From Opitutales bacterium (GTDB lineage Bacteria > Verrucomicrobiota > Verrucomicrobiia > Opitutales > JABSRG01), in assembly GCA_013215165.1 (NCBI GenBank), contig JABSRG010000011.1, forward strand, positions 7,074 through 71,073: 64,000 bases of DNA, in the 5' to 3' direction. Position 1 is the stretch's first letter, and the number at the start of each line of letters is the position of its first letter. Made by a program: the position numbers and the translations under genes. Below the pieces are notes generated by a model. It was not told the DNA's origin. It saw only the letters and a program-made list of their open reading frames with translations, and did not search any database. Positions 51,201 through 61,592 of the stretch are shown piece after piece.

Positions 51201-53994
51201 TGTCTTTAACGCATCTTCGGTGCTTGAAGAGAATCAGAGCAGCCTAAGCCTGATCTCGGTTACGAAATCTGTATCAAATGAGTCACTGACGGCTGAAGAG
51301 CTTCTCGGTAAGCAGATCTTTTATAATGCCTCTGATCCGCGAATGAGTGCTGAAGGTTACATCAGTTGTGCCTCGTGCCACCTCGATGGGGGCCATGATG
51401 GGCGTGTTTGGGACTTTACTGGTAGGGGAGAGGGTTTACGTCGCACGACAGATTTGCGTGGGCGTGGAGGTATGGCTCATGGCAACGTGCACTGGAGCGG
51501 GAATTTCGATGAAATACAGGATTTCGAGCACGATATCCGCGATGCATTTGGGGGAGAGGGTTTCATTGTTGATGCGGACTTCGCTACGAATCACCCCGGT
51601 CCCTCATCTGCAAAAGTGGGGCTCAGCCCAGAGTTAGACGCCCTGGCTGCCTATACTGCGTCGTTGAAAGAGGCCTCGATCCCCATGAGCCCATTCCGCG
51701 CTGTAGATGGAACCTTCACGGAAGAGGCGGTCCTTGGGGCAGAACTATTTAGATCGCTCAATTGCGCGAGTTGCCATGCAGGTTCTGCTTATACTGATAG
51801 TGCCATATCTCCAGTGTCTAGTGTGTTGCTTCACGACGTCGGAACAACGAACACGCTGCTGAGTGGTCAGCGGCTTGGACTAGGAGCTCTTGATGGTGTA
51901 GATACACCTACGCTTATGGGACTGCACGCGTCGCAGTTTTTTCTACATCACGGTGTAGCGAACAATCTTGGGGACGCGCTGGCTTTCGCCACGGGTAAGG
52001 TGTATCCGGAATCCTAGGCCGAGTTATCAGACGGTGCGATCATGGAGCAAGGTACACCTGAATATGGAGGTGGGGGGCGCCATCGAGGTATGTATGGTAA
52101 TGATTTCGCTCGTTTGAAGAGGGACCAATCCATCCGATGGTCAAACATTGACGGAGGCCTTGGTGGTGCTGCACGGATCGGTATTCGCTACAGCCAAGGC
52201 TTTGGAAATGGCGATGTTCGATTTATTGTGAACGGCGTAGAAACCATTTTGCGTATGGAGGGAACCGTGGGTGGCTCTGCGAAATGGGATTGGCGATGGC
52301 GCTTTGTAGACGTGGAGCTCTTAGCCGGTGCGGTTAATGTGATAGAGTTCATTCCTCTAAAGCGCGACTTCATGCCTGACATTTTGACCGTAGCCAGTGA
52401 GTCCGATCTGGCAAAAGCAGCGCCTCACCGAGTGTTTACTACACTTTCTGAAGAAGAACAGTCTCAGCTCTTGGCCTTCTTGCAACAGCTAGATGGGCGC
52501 GATGCAGATGGAGTGATACCGGCAGATGGTGTGCCCGCCAAACCCTCAGTGCTTGCCATAGACCAAACGGGTCTGGCCATCCATCTTACCTTCGACGATG
52601 GCGCAGAGGATTCCCAAGGCAATCAGAGTGCCAGTCTCAGCGGTGGAGCTGGCGTCGATACAAGTGCTGGAGCATTTGGAGCTTCCGTTCGCTTCGATGG
52701 AGGTGATGATATGGTGCATCTTTTGGACAGCCCGGTACTCAACATTCCTAAAGAAGCAGTTGTCCAGCAGACCATTTCACTTTGGTTTGCCGTGGATGAC
52801 GTCGATAATCCTGGGCGCCAACAAATCTTCGAAAGTGGAGGTTCAACACGTGGGTTCAATGCCTATATCGACAATGGGACACTCTATGCGGGAGTGTGGG
52901 ATCAGAATATTGATGTTGGTGTGGGTGATGTGGCTTCCTGGGAGGGTACATGGCGTTCTATCTCCGGGATTGCATCGGGTGTGTGGCATCATCTCGCTCT
53001 CGTTATCGATGCCTCTGCTGACCCAGTTCGGCCGCATGAGGGTGCGTTTTTCGCGTATTTAAACGGTGTCGAATTTGACGTCGGCAACAGTCTCGCAATG
53101 CAAATCTCGCGACATGGTGACGATAGCGCTCTTGGTGGAGTGGCGGGGGCGTCTCGGTGGGCCTCAGGCGGTAGACCTCTTAATCTAAATGGTAACATCG
53201 ACGATTTCGCCATCTGGCACCGCAGTCTTTCTGAGGACGAGATAAGAATTTTGGCTGACGGCGCTGGGGGCTCGCCGGTTGATCTACTTTCATCAGAGGA
53301 GTTGGTGGGGCATTTCCCTTTTGACGAAGGTTGGACTGACCGATCGGGGATTCAGAATCTAAGAATCAATGGTGGCGCCCTCATTGAGGCTGATGCTGGC
53401 CAGTTTATGGGCGGTGCCCGATTTGATGGAGTGGATGATGTGGCCAACATTAGAAATAACAATTTGTTGAATACATATGATGGAGGCCTTGCCCAACGGA
53501 CGATCAGCCTTTGGTTTTCGGTGGACGACGTTGCCTCAATGCAGCGCCAGGTCATTTTCGACCTCGGAGGATCCAAACGGGGCTTTAATGCCTATATCGA
53601 AGACGGTGTGCTTCACGCCGGGATTTGGGATATTGCAACCGATGCGATCATCGGTGATCAAGAGACATGGCCTGGAACCTGGCGAACCGTTGGTGGAATC
53701 GAACCAGGAGCCTACTATCACCTCCTCATGGTCCTTGATGCTTCTGAATCGCCGACACTGCCTCATCCGGGTGCATTCAAAGCCTACTTAAATGGTGTCG
53801 AATTTGATGTTGGAAATGATATTGCCATGCAAATTGCCGCCCACACGGACGCGTGTAGTTTGGGAGGACCGGCGGGCAAATCAAAGTTTCTTTCAGGCGG
53901 CACAGGGAGTCACTTTCGAGGATTCCTGGACGATTTTGCGGTCTGGAATCGCGTGTTGAGCGACGACGAGATTGCTCGCTTGTCGGCCCCTTGA
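48273..53994 (+). pseudogene. Interrupted ~1906-aa secreted multidomain protein (N-terminal beta-rich region, Ig-like, PKD, YVTN propeller, di-heme cytochrome c, CBM-like, two LamG); G10 frameshift plus in-frame TAG
   Basis: ORFs 48273-49544, 49612-52017 and 52042-53994 join after removing one G from 49489-49498 and reading through TAG 52015-52017; two CASCH motifs; FGDG PKD motif. Confidence 0.8.
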
Positions 53995-54051
53995 GCTATG
54001 ACTACGAGACCTGATTTGCATTTTGTCATATCTGCCTCAGGTTCTCGATCG

Positions 54052-54558
54052 ATGAAAATGAAAAAACTCTTCGCGCTTGCTGCTACTTCGGTGTCCACCG
54101 CGCTTTTCGCTGAGCCCATGAGTGTCGGTAGCACGGCTCCTACTGAGCTCATTGTGAAAACGGATGCCGGAGAGCAATTCGACATCGGTAAAGATCTGCA
54201 GTCAGGAATGGTCTTGGTATATTTCTATCCCAAGGCGGACACGCCAGGCTGCACCAAACAGGCGTGCTCGATACGCGATGCCTTCTCTGAGCTTTCGAAT
54301 GATGGTCTACGTGTCTACGGTGTGAGCATGGATTCGGTCGAAGCTCAGGCGGCCTTCAAAGAAAAATACTCGCTTCCTTTTACCCTGATAGCCGATACCG
54401 AAGGCATTCTTGTGGATGCCATGGGTGTGCCCAAGCGGGGTCGGTTTCCAGCTCGACAAGCCTTCCTCTTCAACGAGGGTGAGCTTGTCTGGCGCGACCT
54501 CAAAGCATCTACAGCCAAGCAGGCTGCTGATGTCCGCGAGGCGATGGCTCAGCTTTGA
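54052..54558 (+). CDS. bcp: Peroxiredoxin of the Bcp/PrxQ family with signal peptide
   Basis: YFYPKADTPGCTKQAC; N-terminal MKMKKLFALAATSVSTALFA. Confidence 0.88.
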   Translation: MKMKKLFALAATSVSTALFAEPMSVGSTAPTELIVKTDAGEQFDIGKDLQSGMVLVYFYPKADTPGCTKQACSIRDAFSELSNDGLRVYGVSMDSVEAQAAFKEKYSLPFTLIADTEGILVDAMGVPKRGRFPARQAFLFNEGELVWRDLKASTAKQAADVREAMAQL

Positions 54559-54590
54559 GCGAGTCAGCCATTAAACCCATTTTTTGAACT

Positions 54591-54626
54591 ACCTGTTCGC
54601 TCATCGAAGAGCGAACAGGTTTTTTT
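54591..54626 (+). terminator. Rho-independent terminator
   Basis: ACCTGTTCGCTC-ATCGAA-GAGCGAACAGGT-TTTTTT. Confidence 0.88.
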
Positions 54627-54701
54627 GTGTCCAAGTTGCACGAAACTGGCTTCAGGAGAGTCTTCGTTTACAACAAGTTCTCAAATCAACCACGTTTATC
54701 C

Positions 54702-55307
54702 ATGAAGATTGTTTCTGTAGTCAAAGGTCTATCTCTCTTTGTTATCCTCGTCTCGCGCCTGGGGGCCTTGGAAGTCGAGATCGATTTAACCAACGACTCG
54801 GGCACCCTTGGCGAACTCTTCAATGATGTGTCGAGCGGCACATTCCTGGTCCCTGGAGGATCAGGTTTAGAAATCACGATCGAAGCATTGTCTACTGATA
54901 GTAGTTTGAACTCGAATGTAGGCTCTCCGAACCGTCTTGGCATAAATTCTACTCTCTCTGGAGAGGATGCTGACGACTTTGACGTGGGAGAGTTTGTTGA
55001 GTTCTCTTTCAGTAAGAGCGTTGAAGTAACGTCCCTTGATTTTGTTGGTTTTGGAGCAGGAGAGACCTTCTCATTTGCGGGACAATCCATCACCGGGGCT
55101 CAAAATCTTTACGCGGTCCCCAGTCCGGTGTCGATTGCTGCGAACACATCCTTTCGTTTAGAATCGATCTCGGGAACAATGGGATTGCAGGCGATCACGC
55201 TCAATGTCGTTCCCGAGCCGAGTGAGACGGCGGCTGTTTTCGGAATTGCGGGCATGCTCTTTGTTTTTCGGCATCGCCGCCGTCGAGCGCATGTTCGGCG
55301 TTCATGA
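54702..55307 (+). CDS. PEP-CTERM sorting-domain surface protein
   Basis: Signal peptide; C-terminal VPEPSE, TM helix, RHRRRR. Confidence 0.88.
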   Translation: MKIVSVVKGLSLFVILVSRLGALEVEIDLTNDSGTLGELFNDVSSGTFLVPGGSGLEITIEALSTDSSLNSNVGSPNRLGINSTLSGEDADDFDVGEFVEFSFSKSVEVTSLDFVGFGAGETFSFAGQSITGAQNLYAVPSPVSIAANTSFRLESISGTMGLQAITLNVVPEPSETAAVFGIAGMLFVFRHRRRRAHVRRS

Positions 55308-56888
55308 ATCTCTTTTTTCTTCTTCGAGCAACAGCTTATACTCCATCGAATCCTTGAGAGCTTGCCAGGAGGCATCGATGATATTGTCGCTTGCCCCTAC
55401 AGTGCCCCAAGTCTCATGGCCGTCAGTGGATTCAATGAGGACGCGTGTCACGGCGTCGGTGCCGAGGGCGTTGTCGAGGATACGGACCTTGAAATCTGTA
55501 AGGGTCACGGTCTTGAGTATGGGGAAAGCGGGGATGAGGGCTTTGCGCAGTGCATGGTCCAGGGCGGATACGGGGCCGTGTGCCTCGGATACGGTGTGGT
55601 AATCGTCCTCGCCGACACGGATTTTTACTGTGGCTTCAGAAATGGTGCGGCTCAGAGCGATCTGTCGACCTACGGAAGAGCGATATTGGACGAGCTCAAA
55701 TGCGTCTTTCCTGCCTTTCAGGTAACGGTGGATGAGCAATTTAAAGGAGGCATCTGCGGCCTCATATTCGTAGCCTCGAAACTCTAGATCCTTCAGGTCT
55801 GCCAAGAATTTTTGAAGCTCTGAAGACTTCTCCAATTCGATGCCGAGTTCTTTGGCCTTGAGCATCAAGCTGGCTCGACCTGCCATGTCAGAAACGAGTA
55901 CACGGGTGTGGTTACCCACGCGCTCTGGCTGCATGTGCTCGTAAGAGTGCTTTACCTTGCCGACGGCATCGGCGTGAACACCCCCCTTGTGTGCAAAGGC
56001 GGCAGTGCCGACGAAGGGAGCGCGCGGGTCGGAGCGCACGTTAGCGAGTTCGTCGATGAAAATGGAGAGATCGCGCAGACTCGCCATCTGCTGAGAGCAG
56101 TTCAGGGTTCGCCCCATCTTCTCAGAAAGATTGGGAATGATTGTGGTCAGGTTGGCGTTGCCGTTGCGTTCCCCGATGCCGTTCATGGTGCCTTGGACGA
56201 GGACGGCACCCTGGCGCACGCCATCGATGGAAAGCGCCACACCGAGTCCGCAATCGTTGTGGCAGTGCATGCCTACCCGCGTGTTGGGAAACTGTTTCAC
56301 TACACGAGCTACAATCTTTTCCAGTTCGGAAAGCATCATGCCGCCGTTCGTATCGCAGAGGGTGATGCACGAGGCTCCGCCGCGCACTGCGGCTTCTAGG
56401 GTAGACAAGGCATAGACATCGTCGTCTTTGTAGCCGTCGAAAAAGTGTTCCGCGTCATAGATCACTTGACGTCCATTTTTAACCAGGAAAGCGACGGACT
56501 CCTCGATCATTTTGAGATTCTCATCACCGGTGGTGCGAAGGATCTCCGTGATATGCAGCAGCCAGGTTTTACCGAAGATGGTGACGGCAGGTGTCTCTGC
56601 TTCGAGCAGGATCTTGAGTTGAGCATCGTCCTCGGCTCTCTTGTCCGCGCGTCGTGTGGAACCAAATGCGGTTATTTTAGCATGCTTGAGCTGGAGTTGT
56701 TTTGCCTGCTCGAAGAAGGCCATATCTCGAGGGTTGGAGCCGGGCCAGCCACCTTCGATGTAATCAATTCCGAATTGGTCTAGCTTTTCAGCCACGCGCA
56801 GCTTCGCAGCTACGGTGAAAGACACGCCCTCGCCCTGCGTGCCATCGCGCAGCGTCGTATCGTAGATCCAGACATCCGGTGAGTTCAT
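55302..56888 (-). CDS. cimA: Citramalate synthase (LeuA family)
   Basis: YDTTLRDGTQGEG, EGGWPGSNP, YDAEHFFDG, HCHND, AFAHKGG, ASW.AL.D. Confidence 0.9.
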   Translation of the reverse strand: MNSPDVWIYDTTLRDGTQGEGVSFTVAAKLRVAEKLDQFGIDYIEGGWPGSNPRDMAFFEQAKQLQLKHAKITAFGSTRRADKRAEDDAQLKILLEAETPAVTIFGKTWLLHITEILRTTGDENLKMIEESVAFLVKNGRQVIYDAEHFFDGYKDDDVYALSTLEAAVRGGASCITLCDTNGGMMLSELEKIVARVVKQFPNTRVGMHCHNDCGLGVALSIDGVRQGAVLVQGTMNGIGERNGNANLTTIIPNLSEKMGRTLNCSQQMASLRDLSIFIDELANVRSDPRAPFVGTAAFAHKGGVHADAVGKVKHSYEHMQPERVGNHTRVLVSDMAGRASLMLKAKELGIELEKSSELQKFLADLKDLEFRGYEYEAADASFKLLIHRYLKGRKDAFELVQYRSSVGRQIALSRTISEATVKIRVGEDDYHTVSEAHGPVSALDHALRKALIPAFPILKTVTLTDFKVRILDNALGTDAVTRVLIESTDGHETWGTVGASDNIIDASWQALKDSMEYKLLLEEEKRDS

Positions 56889-56973
56889 AAGCGAATTGAG
56901 TAAAACATTCCAAATTAATTGGGCATAGATACTGGCACAAGGTGGAAATCCGTGGATTCATTGGTGGAGGTGC

Positions 56974-57145
56974 AATTGAAAGGACGGGGAGTTGTTCCAG
57001 TTGTCTCTCCTCGGCTTCAGTGGTTGTAGTTGAGGCGCTCTGTCGCCTCGCCCCTGCGGTGTGGATCGAAGCAACGGTCTGCGCACCAGCAGAGCGGTGC
57101 GACTACAACAAAGGCGGTTGGGGACATATTCCCGAAGTTTCAATT
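56974..57145. ncRNA. Candidate structured RNA with a multiway junction and a potential kissing loop
   Basis: Stems AATTGAAA/TTTCAATT, GTTGTAGT/ACTACAAC, GAGGCG/CGCCTC, CGCACC/GGTGCG; loop segments CTCTG and CAGAG are complementary. Confidence 0.45.
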
Positions 57146-57407
57146 AGGCCCTGCTCGAAGCCCAAAGAGTTTTCGGTCGAGGCAATTGTATTGATCTAGG
57201 TTAGTACGGTAGGGTCGTTTCGTCAAAACGGCCGCGGTTGTAGTATAGATCCGCATATTTTTCATGCGTGCACCCAGTGATGGAGATCAGGGATCTTTTC
57301 ACCCAATTATAAGGCTGTTTAGTCCCATAAGTTCTCCGAATCCTGGTCGAGATAACCGCCTTTGTTATTGACTGGATCAAGGCTCGGATGGGTGCTTTTT
57401 AAATATC

Positions 57408-59315
57408 ATGTACAAATTCATACCTGTTGTTCTATTGGCGCTTGCTGGCTTTTTTGGAAATATCGGATGGGCTCTGATCCCGGTAGAGGATTTTGCCAAA
57501 CCTTCTAGAATTTCGGGTGCGCGGTTGTCACCCGACGGGAAGTGGTTGGCGTTCCGTTATCCCTCAGGCGATCGGATGGACTTGATGGTGTTTAATCTTG
57601 ATGAGTAGGACGGTGTGAGGATGAAGGGGTGGCAGGCAGATGACGTAAATAGCGTTCACTGGGTGGGAGATGATCGTTTGGTTTTCGACGTGGTTTTCCG
57701 AAACCAATATGCAGGGGGTCTGTTTTCGGTGAAGGCAGGTTCGCGTCGCTTCGAGGTGCTTAACAAGTTTGATGCTTTGAGGGTGATCGATCCGGTCCCT
57801 TCAGACGAAAACGTGGTATTGACTCGTTTGTATTCCACGAGCCGTGGCGGTCCGCGCACAGTGCGTTATTTCACCAAACGTGGTATCGGGCGTGTGGTCA
57901 AATCTGCCGAATCATTACCAGGTACTCAGTTGGGATGGTATGGCGATGGCGGGGGCGATTTGATTGGCTGCCGCGTCTATCACGACGGAAAATTACGCCT
58001 GTATTTCCGTGAAACTTATGAAAGTGAATGGCGAGAATTAAAACGCGTCAGTGAAGATGTAGGGCAGTCATTTGAGGTGTTGGGTTTCGATCCTCATGAA
58101 CGCACATTTTGGATGACCGCTTACGAAGACGGAGCCAATACGGCGAGCCTTTTCAAGGTGCCAGTAGATCCTGGTAGCGAAACCATCCGCGTGTTCAATG
58201 ATCCAAAATACGATATACGGGACAATGCGGGTTTACTACGATCTAAGGCCACCGGTCAGGTGGTAGGTATGGCCTACGACCAAAAAGGTCCCACAAATAT
58301 TTGGTTTACTGAAGAGTTCGATATGCTTCAGGCAAGCATCGACCAGGCCTTCCCCACGTCTGAGAATACGATCGTCGACTTTTCGAAGGGTAAAGAGCGT
58401 CTGTTGATACACTCCTATTCTGATCGCTCTCCGGTGTCTTATCGCGTCGTAGATATCGCTTCTAAAAACATTATCTTTGAGGCGCATTCGCGGGAGTGGA
58501 TCGACTCGGCCGAGCTCCATACGCAATTCAGTCTTAACCTCAAGATGCGTGATGGTCTCGTGCTGCAGGGCTATCTCACGTTGCCCGGGGCACCCGATGC
58601 AGGTCCTTATCCGATGGTAGCCTTAGTGCATGGGGGCCCTTGGTCTCGTGACACCTGGGGATATGACCCAATAGTGCAGCTTCTGGCGAGTCGTGGCTAT
58701 GCTGTGCTCCAGCTGAACTTTCGAGGCTCCAGTGGCTATGGGAAAACGATCTCTCAGAAGTATAGTGGTGACTTCAGGGACATGGTCCTAGATGTAACCG
58801 ATGCCACGCGGCAGATTTGTGAGCGGGGCTGGGCAGACCCATAGCGTTTGGCGATCATGGGTGCGAGTTTTGGAGGCTATGCCGCTCTGGCTGCTCAGGT
58901 GTTTGATCCCGGTCTCTTTCAGTGTTCGATTTCTTATGCTGGCGTCTTTGACGTCGCCGAACAAATCGAGAATTGGGGTGATGGCTTTTGGCGCAAGCGT
59001 CAAGGCACCTACGCATATGACTACTGGGTAAAACGCCTTGGAGACCCGGAGAAAGATGCGGCTCTGATCGAAGAACTCTGCCCGATCAGTAATGCAAGTT
59101 CGATACAAGTGCCCGTGTTCCTTGCTCACGGTAGATTGGATCGTGTCGTCGATATCGAACAGACTAAAGATATGGCTCGAGCGCTGACACAAGCCGGCAA
59201 TAAACCCAGGACATTATACCTCTCAGCTGAGCAACACGGCGTTAGCAGCATGAAGAATAGGAAGAAATACTACGACGCTGTATTGGATTTCTTAGCTGAG
59301 CATTTGGCTGAGTAG
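57408..59315 (+). pseudogene. S9 prolyl oligopeptidase-family peptidase interrupted by two in-frame TAG codons
   Basis: Three ORFs in one frame; signal peptide, SPDGK, VHGGPW.RD, NFRGSSGYG, GASFGG, HG..D..V, EQHG; TAG at 57606-57608 and 58842-58844. Confidence 0.85.
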
Positions 59316-59345
59316 TGTTTTTCTAGACTATTCTAGAACGCTTTC

Positions 59346-60599
59346 TCACTCCTTGGTCATATTACTCTCCGAGTCACGAAGAGGTGACCCTTGAGCTTTA
59401 TTTCGCGCGCGGAGGCGAAGGGCCTGAAGACGGATAAAGCCGCTGGCATCGTCTGGATTGTAGTCGCTGTCGACACCTTCCATAGATGCTATGTTCTCAT
59501 CGTAAAGAGACACGTCAGATGTGCGCCCAGCGCACATGATGTTACCCTTGTAGAGCTTCAGTTTAACGGTGCCGGTTACGTTCTCTTGGCTCTTGTCAAT
59601 GAGGGCTTGGAGTGCTTCCCGCTCGGGCGCATACCAAAAGCCATTATAGATCAGTTCGGCATACTTCGGGATGAGGCCATCGCGGAGATGCATCAGATCA
59701 CGGTCCATCGTCAAGGTCTCCATCTGTCTATGGGCGTTGATTAGGATCGTGCCCCCCGGAGTTTCGTAAATGCCTCTACTTTTCATGCCGACAAAGCGGT
59801 TTTCCACGAGATCGACTCGGCCGATACCGTGTTTGCCGCCGAGACGATTGAGCTCTTTGAGCACGCCGGCAGGGGTCAGTGCGACTCCGTTGACTGCGGT
59901 GCAGTCGCCATTGACAAAGCTGAGTTCGATATACTCGGGCTCGTCGGGAGCATCAACTGGATCGGTGCTGAGTTTATACATCGCCTTGTCGCGTTCGCCA
60001 GTGGCGTCATACATGGGATCTTCTAGAATACCGGCTTCGTAAGAGATATGAAGGAGGTTGCGATCCATTGAATATGGCTTCGATGCACTGGCTTCGACAT
60101 CGACGCCGTTGGCCACGCACCAGTCGATCATTTCTTTACGTCCCGGGAACATCTCTCGGAAGACTGGCATGCGCCAGGGAGAGATGATTTCCAAATCGGG
60201 GCTCAATGCTGCGTAGGTCAGTTCAAAGCGGACTTGGTCATTACCCTTACCGGTCGCACCATGGGAAACGGCTTGGGCTCCCTCCTTTTCAGCGATCTCG
60301 ATTTGGGCCTTTGCGATGAGGGGGCGGGCAATGGATGTCCCGAGGAAATACTGTCCCTCGTAGATAGCATTGGCGCGGACCATAGGGTAGATGAAATCAC
60401 GGGCAAATTCTTCAACCAAGTCCACAGTGTAGTGGGCGACAGAGCCTGTGGCTTTCGACTTTTCGCCGAGCCCATCGAGCTCTTCTTCCTGACCCACGTC
60501 TGCAGAAAAGGTGATGATGTCTGCGTTGTAGTGGTCCTTCAACCACCGCACGAGTACGGAGGTGTCAAGGCCACCTGAGTAAGCGAGAACTATTTTCAT
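59346..60599 (-). CDS. argG: Argininosuccinate synthase
   Basis: [45 protein letters not shown]. Confidence 0.97.
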   Translation of the reverse strand: MKIVLAYSGGLDTSVLVRWLKDHYNADIITFSADVGQEEELDGLGEKSKATGSVAHYTVDLVEEFARDFIYPMVRANAIYEGQYFLGTSIARPLIAKAQIEIAEKEGAQAVSHGATGKGNDQVRFELTYAALSPDLEIISPWRMPVFREMFPGRKEMIDWCVANGVDVEASASKPYSMDRNLLHISYEAGILEDPMYDATGERDKAMYKLSTDPVDAPDEPEYIELSFVNGDCTAVNGVALTPAGVLKELNRLGGKHGIGRVDLVENRFVGMKSRGIYETPGGTILINAHRQMETLTMDRDLMHLRDGLIPKYAELIYNGFWYAPEREALQALIDKSQENVTGTVKLKLYKGNIMCAGRTSDVSLYDENIASMEGVDSDYNPDDASGFIRLQALRLRARNKAQGSPLRDSESNMTKE

Positions 60600-60621
60600 G
60601 TATAAAAATTGTGTGTGTGGT

Positions 60622-61578
60622 TTAGGCCCGGGTTTCCTTCCAAGCATCGGAGAGCACTGACATGATTGCTTTCTGAACATGCAGTCGATTTTCGGCCTGG
60701 TCAAAGATGATAGAAGCTGGATGGTCTAGCACGTCTTGTGACACTTCCTCGCCGGAGTGCGCTGGGAGGCAATGCATGAAATACGCGTCTTTTTTCGCAG
60801 CCTCGAGTAAGCCCATATTGACCTGGTAGGGGAGCATTGCCGTTAGGCGAGATTCTGCCTGGCCTTCGTCACCCATGCTGACAAAGACATCGGTATAGAG
60901 CACGTCGGCATCCTTGGCCGCTTCGTAGGGATCGTTGGTGAAAGTGTATCCGCTGAGCCCATCGGCTGCGAGGGCTTCATCCAACTCCGGACCGGGTTTG
61001 AACGCTTCGGGACCGGACAGCGCGACCTCCATGCCAAGGACAAGTCCTGAGAGCACAAGAGAGTAGGCCATATTTGAGGCACAGTCTCCGAAGTAGGCAA
61101 GTTTGCGACCGACCAGTGCTGACGGCAAATCGTCAGGATTACTTGCCCAGCGTTCCGCGAGCGTGAAGTAGTCGGTAAAGGTCTGACAGGGATGGAGGAA
61201 GTCAGACAGTCCATTGATCACAGGGATCGTGGCATGCGCAGCAAACTCATCGAGGTAGCTGTGCTCGAAGCAACGAATGACGACCCCGTGTAGGTAGCGC
61301 GACAGGACTTTAGCTGTGTCAGCGACGGTTTCTCCGCGGCCGATCTGGGTCTGCTGAGCATTGAGGACCACGGGATGGCCGCCGAGCTCGCTCACGCCCA
61401 CATCGAAGGAGACGCGCGTGCGCGTGCTATTCTTGAAGAATATCAAGCCCCAGCTCTGTCCTTGTAGGGTTGGAGGTGTGCTGCCATAGCGATGCTGTTT
61501 GAAGCTGGACGCCAAGCCAAAGATCTCTGCGATCTCAGCCTGACTGAAGTCTGTATCTCTGAGGAAGTGTTTACTCAT
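60622..61578 (-). CDS. argF: Ornithine carbamoyltransferase
   Basis: [28 protein letters not shown]. Confidence 0.95.
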   Translation of the reverse strand: MSKHFLRDTDFSQAEIAEIFGLASSFKQHRYGSTPPTLQGQSWGLIFFKNSTRTRVSFDVGVSELGGHPVVLNAQQTQIGRGETVADTAKVLSRYLHGVVIRCFEHSYLDEFAAHATIPVINGLSDFLHPCQTFTDYFTLAERWASNPDDLPSALVGRKLAYFGDCASNMAYSLVLSGLVLGMEVALSGPEAFKPGPELDEALAADGLSGYTFTNDPYEAAKDADVLYTDVFVSMGDEGQAESRLTAMLPYQVNMGLLEAAKKDAYFMHCLPAHSGEEVSQDVLDHPASIIFDQAENRLHVQKAIMSVLSDAWKETRA

Positions 61579-61592
61579 TTGTGTAGAGGGGT

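Noticed and set aside
56938-56990. GGTGGAAATCC (cobalamin riboswitch-like) and GAGGTGC...GAAAGG (lysine riboswitch-like) words
   Set aside because: The other conserved elements (GGGAA and B12 box; loop-E AGTA and P2 length) are missing.
56962-57310. Minus-strand ...CACCTCCACCA resembling a tmRNA or tRNA 3' end
   Set aside because: No paired T-arm precedes it, there is no GGGG-type 5' end with the TTCGA motif at the expected distance, and no tag reading frame.
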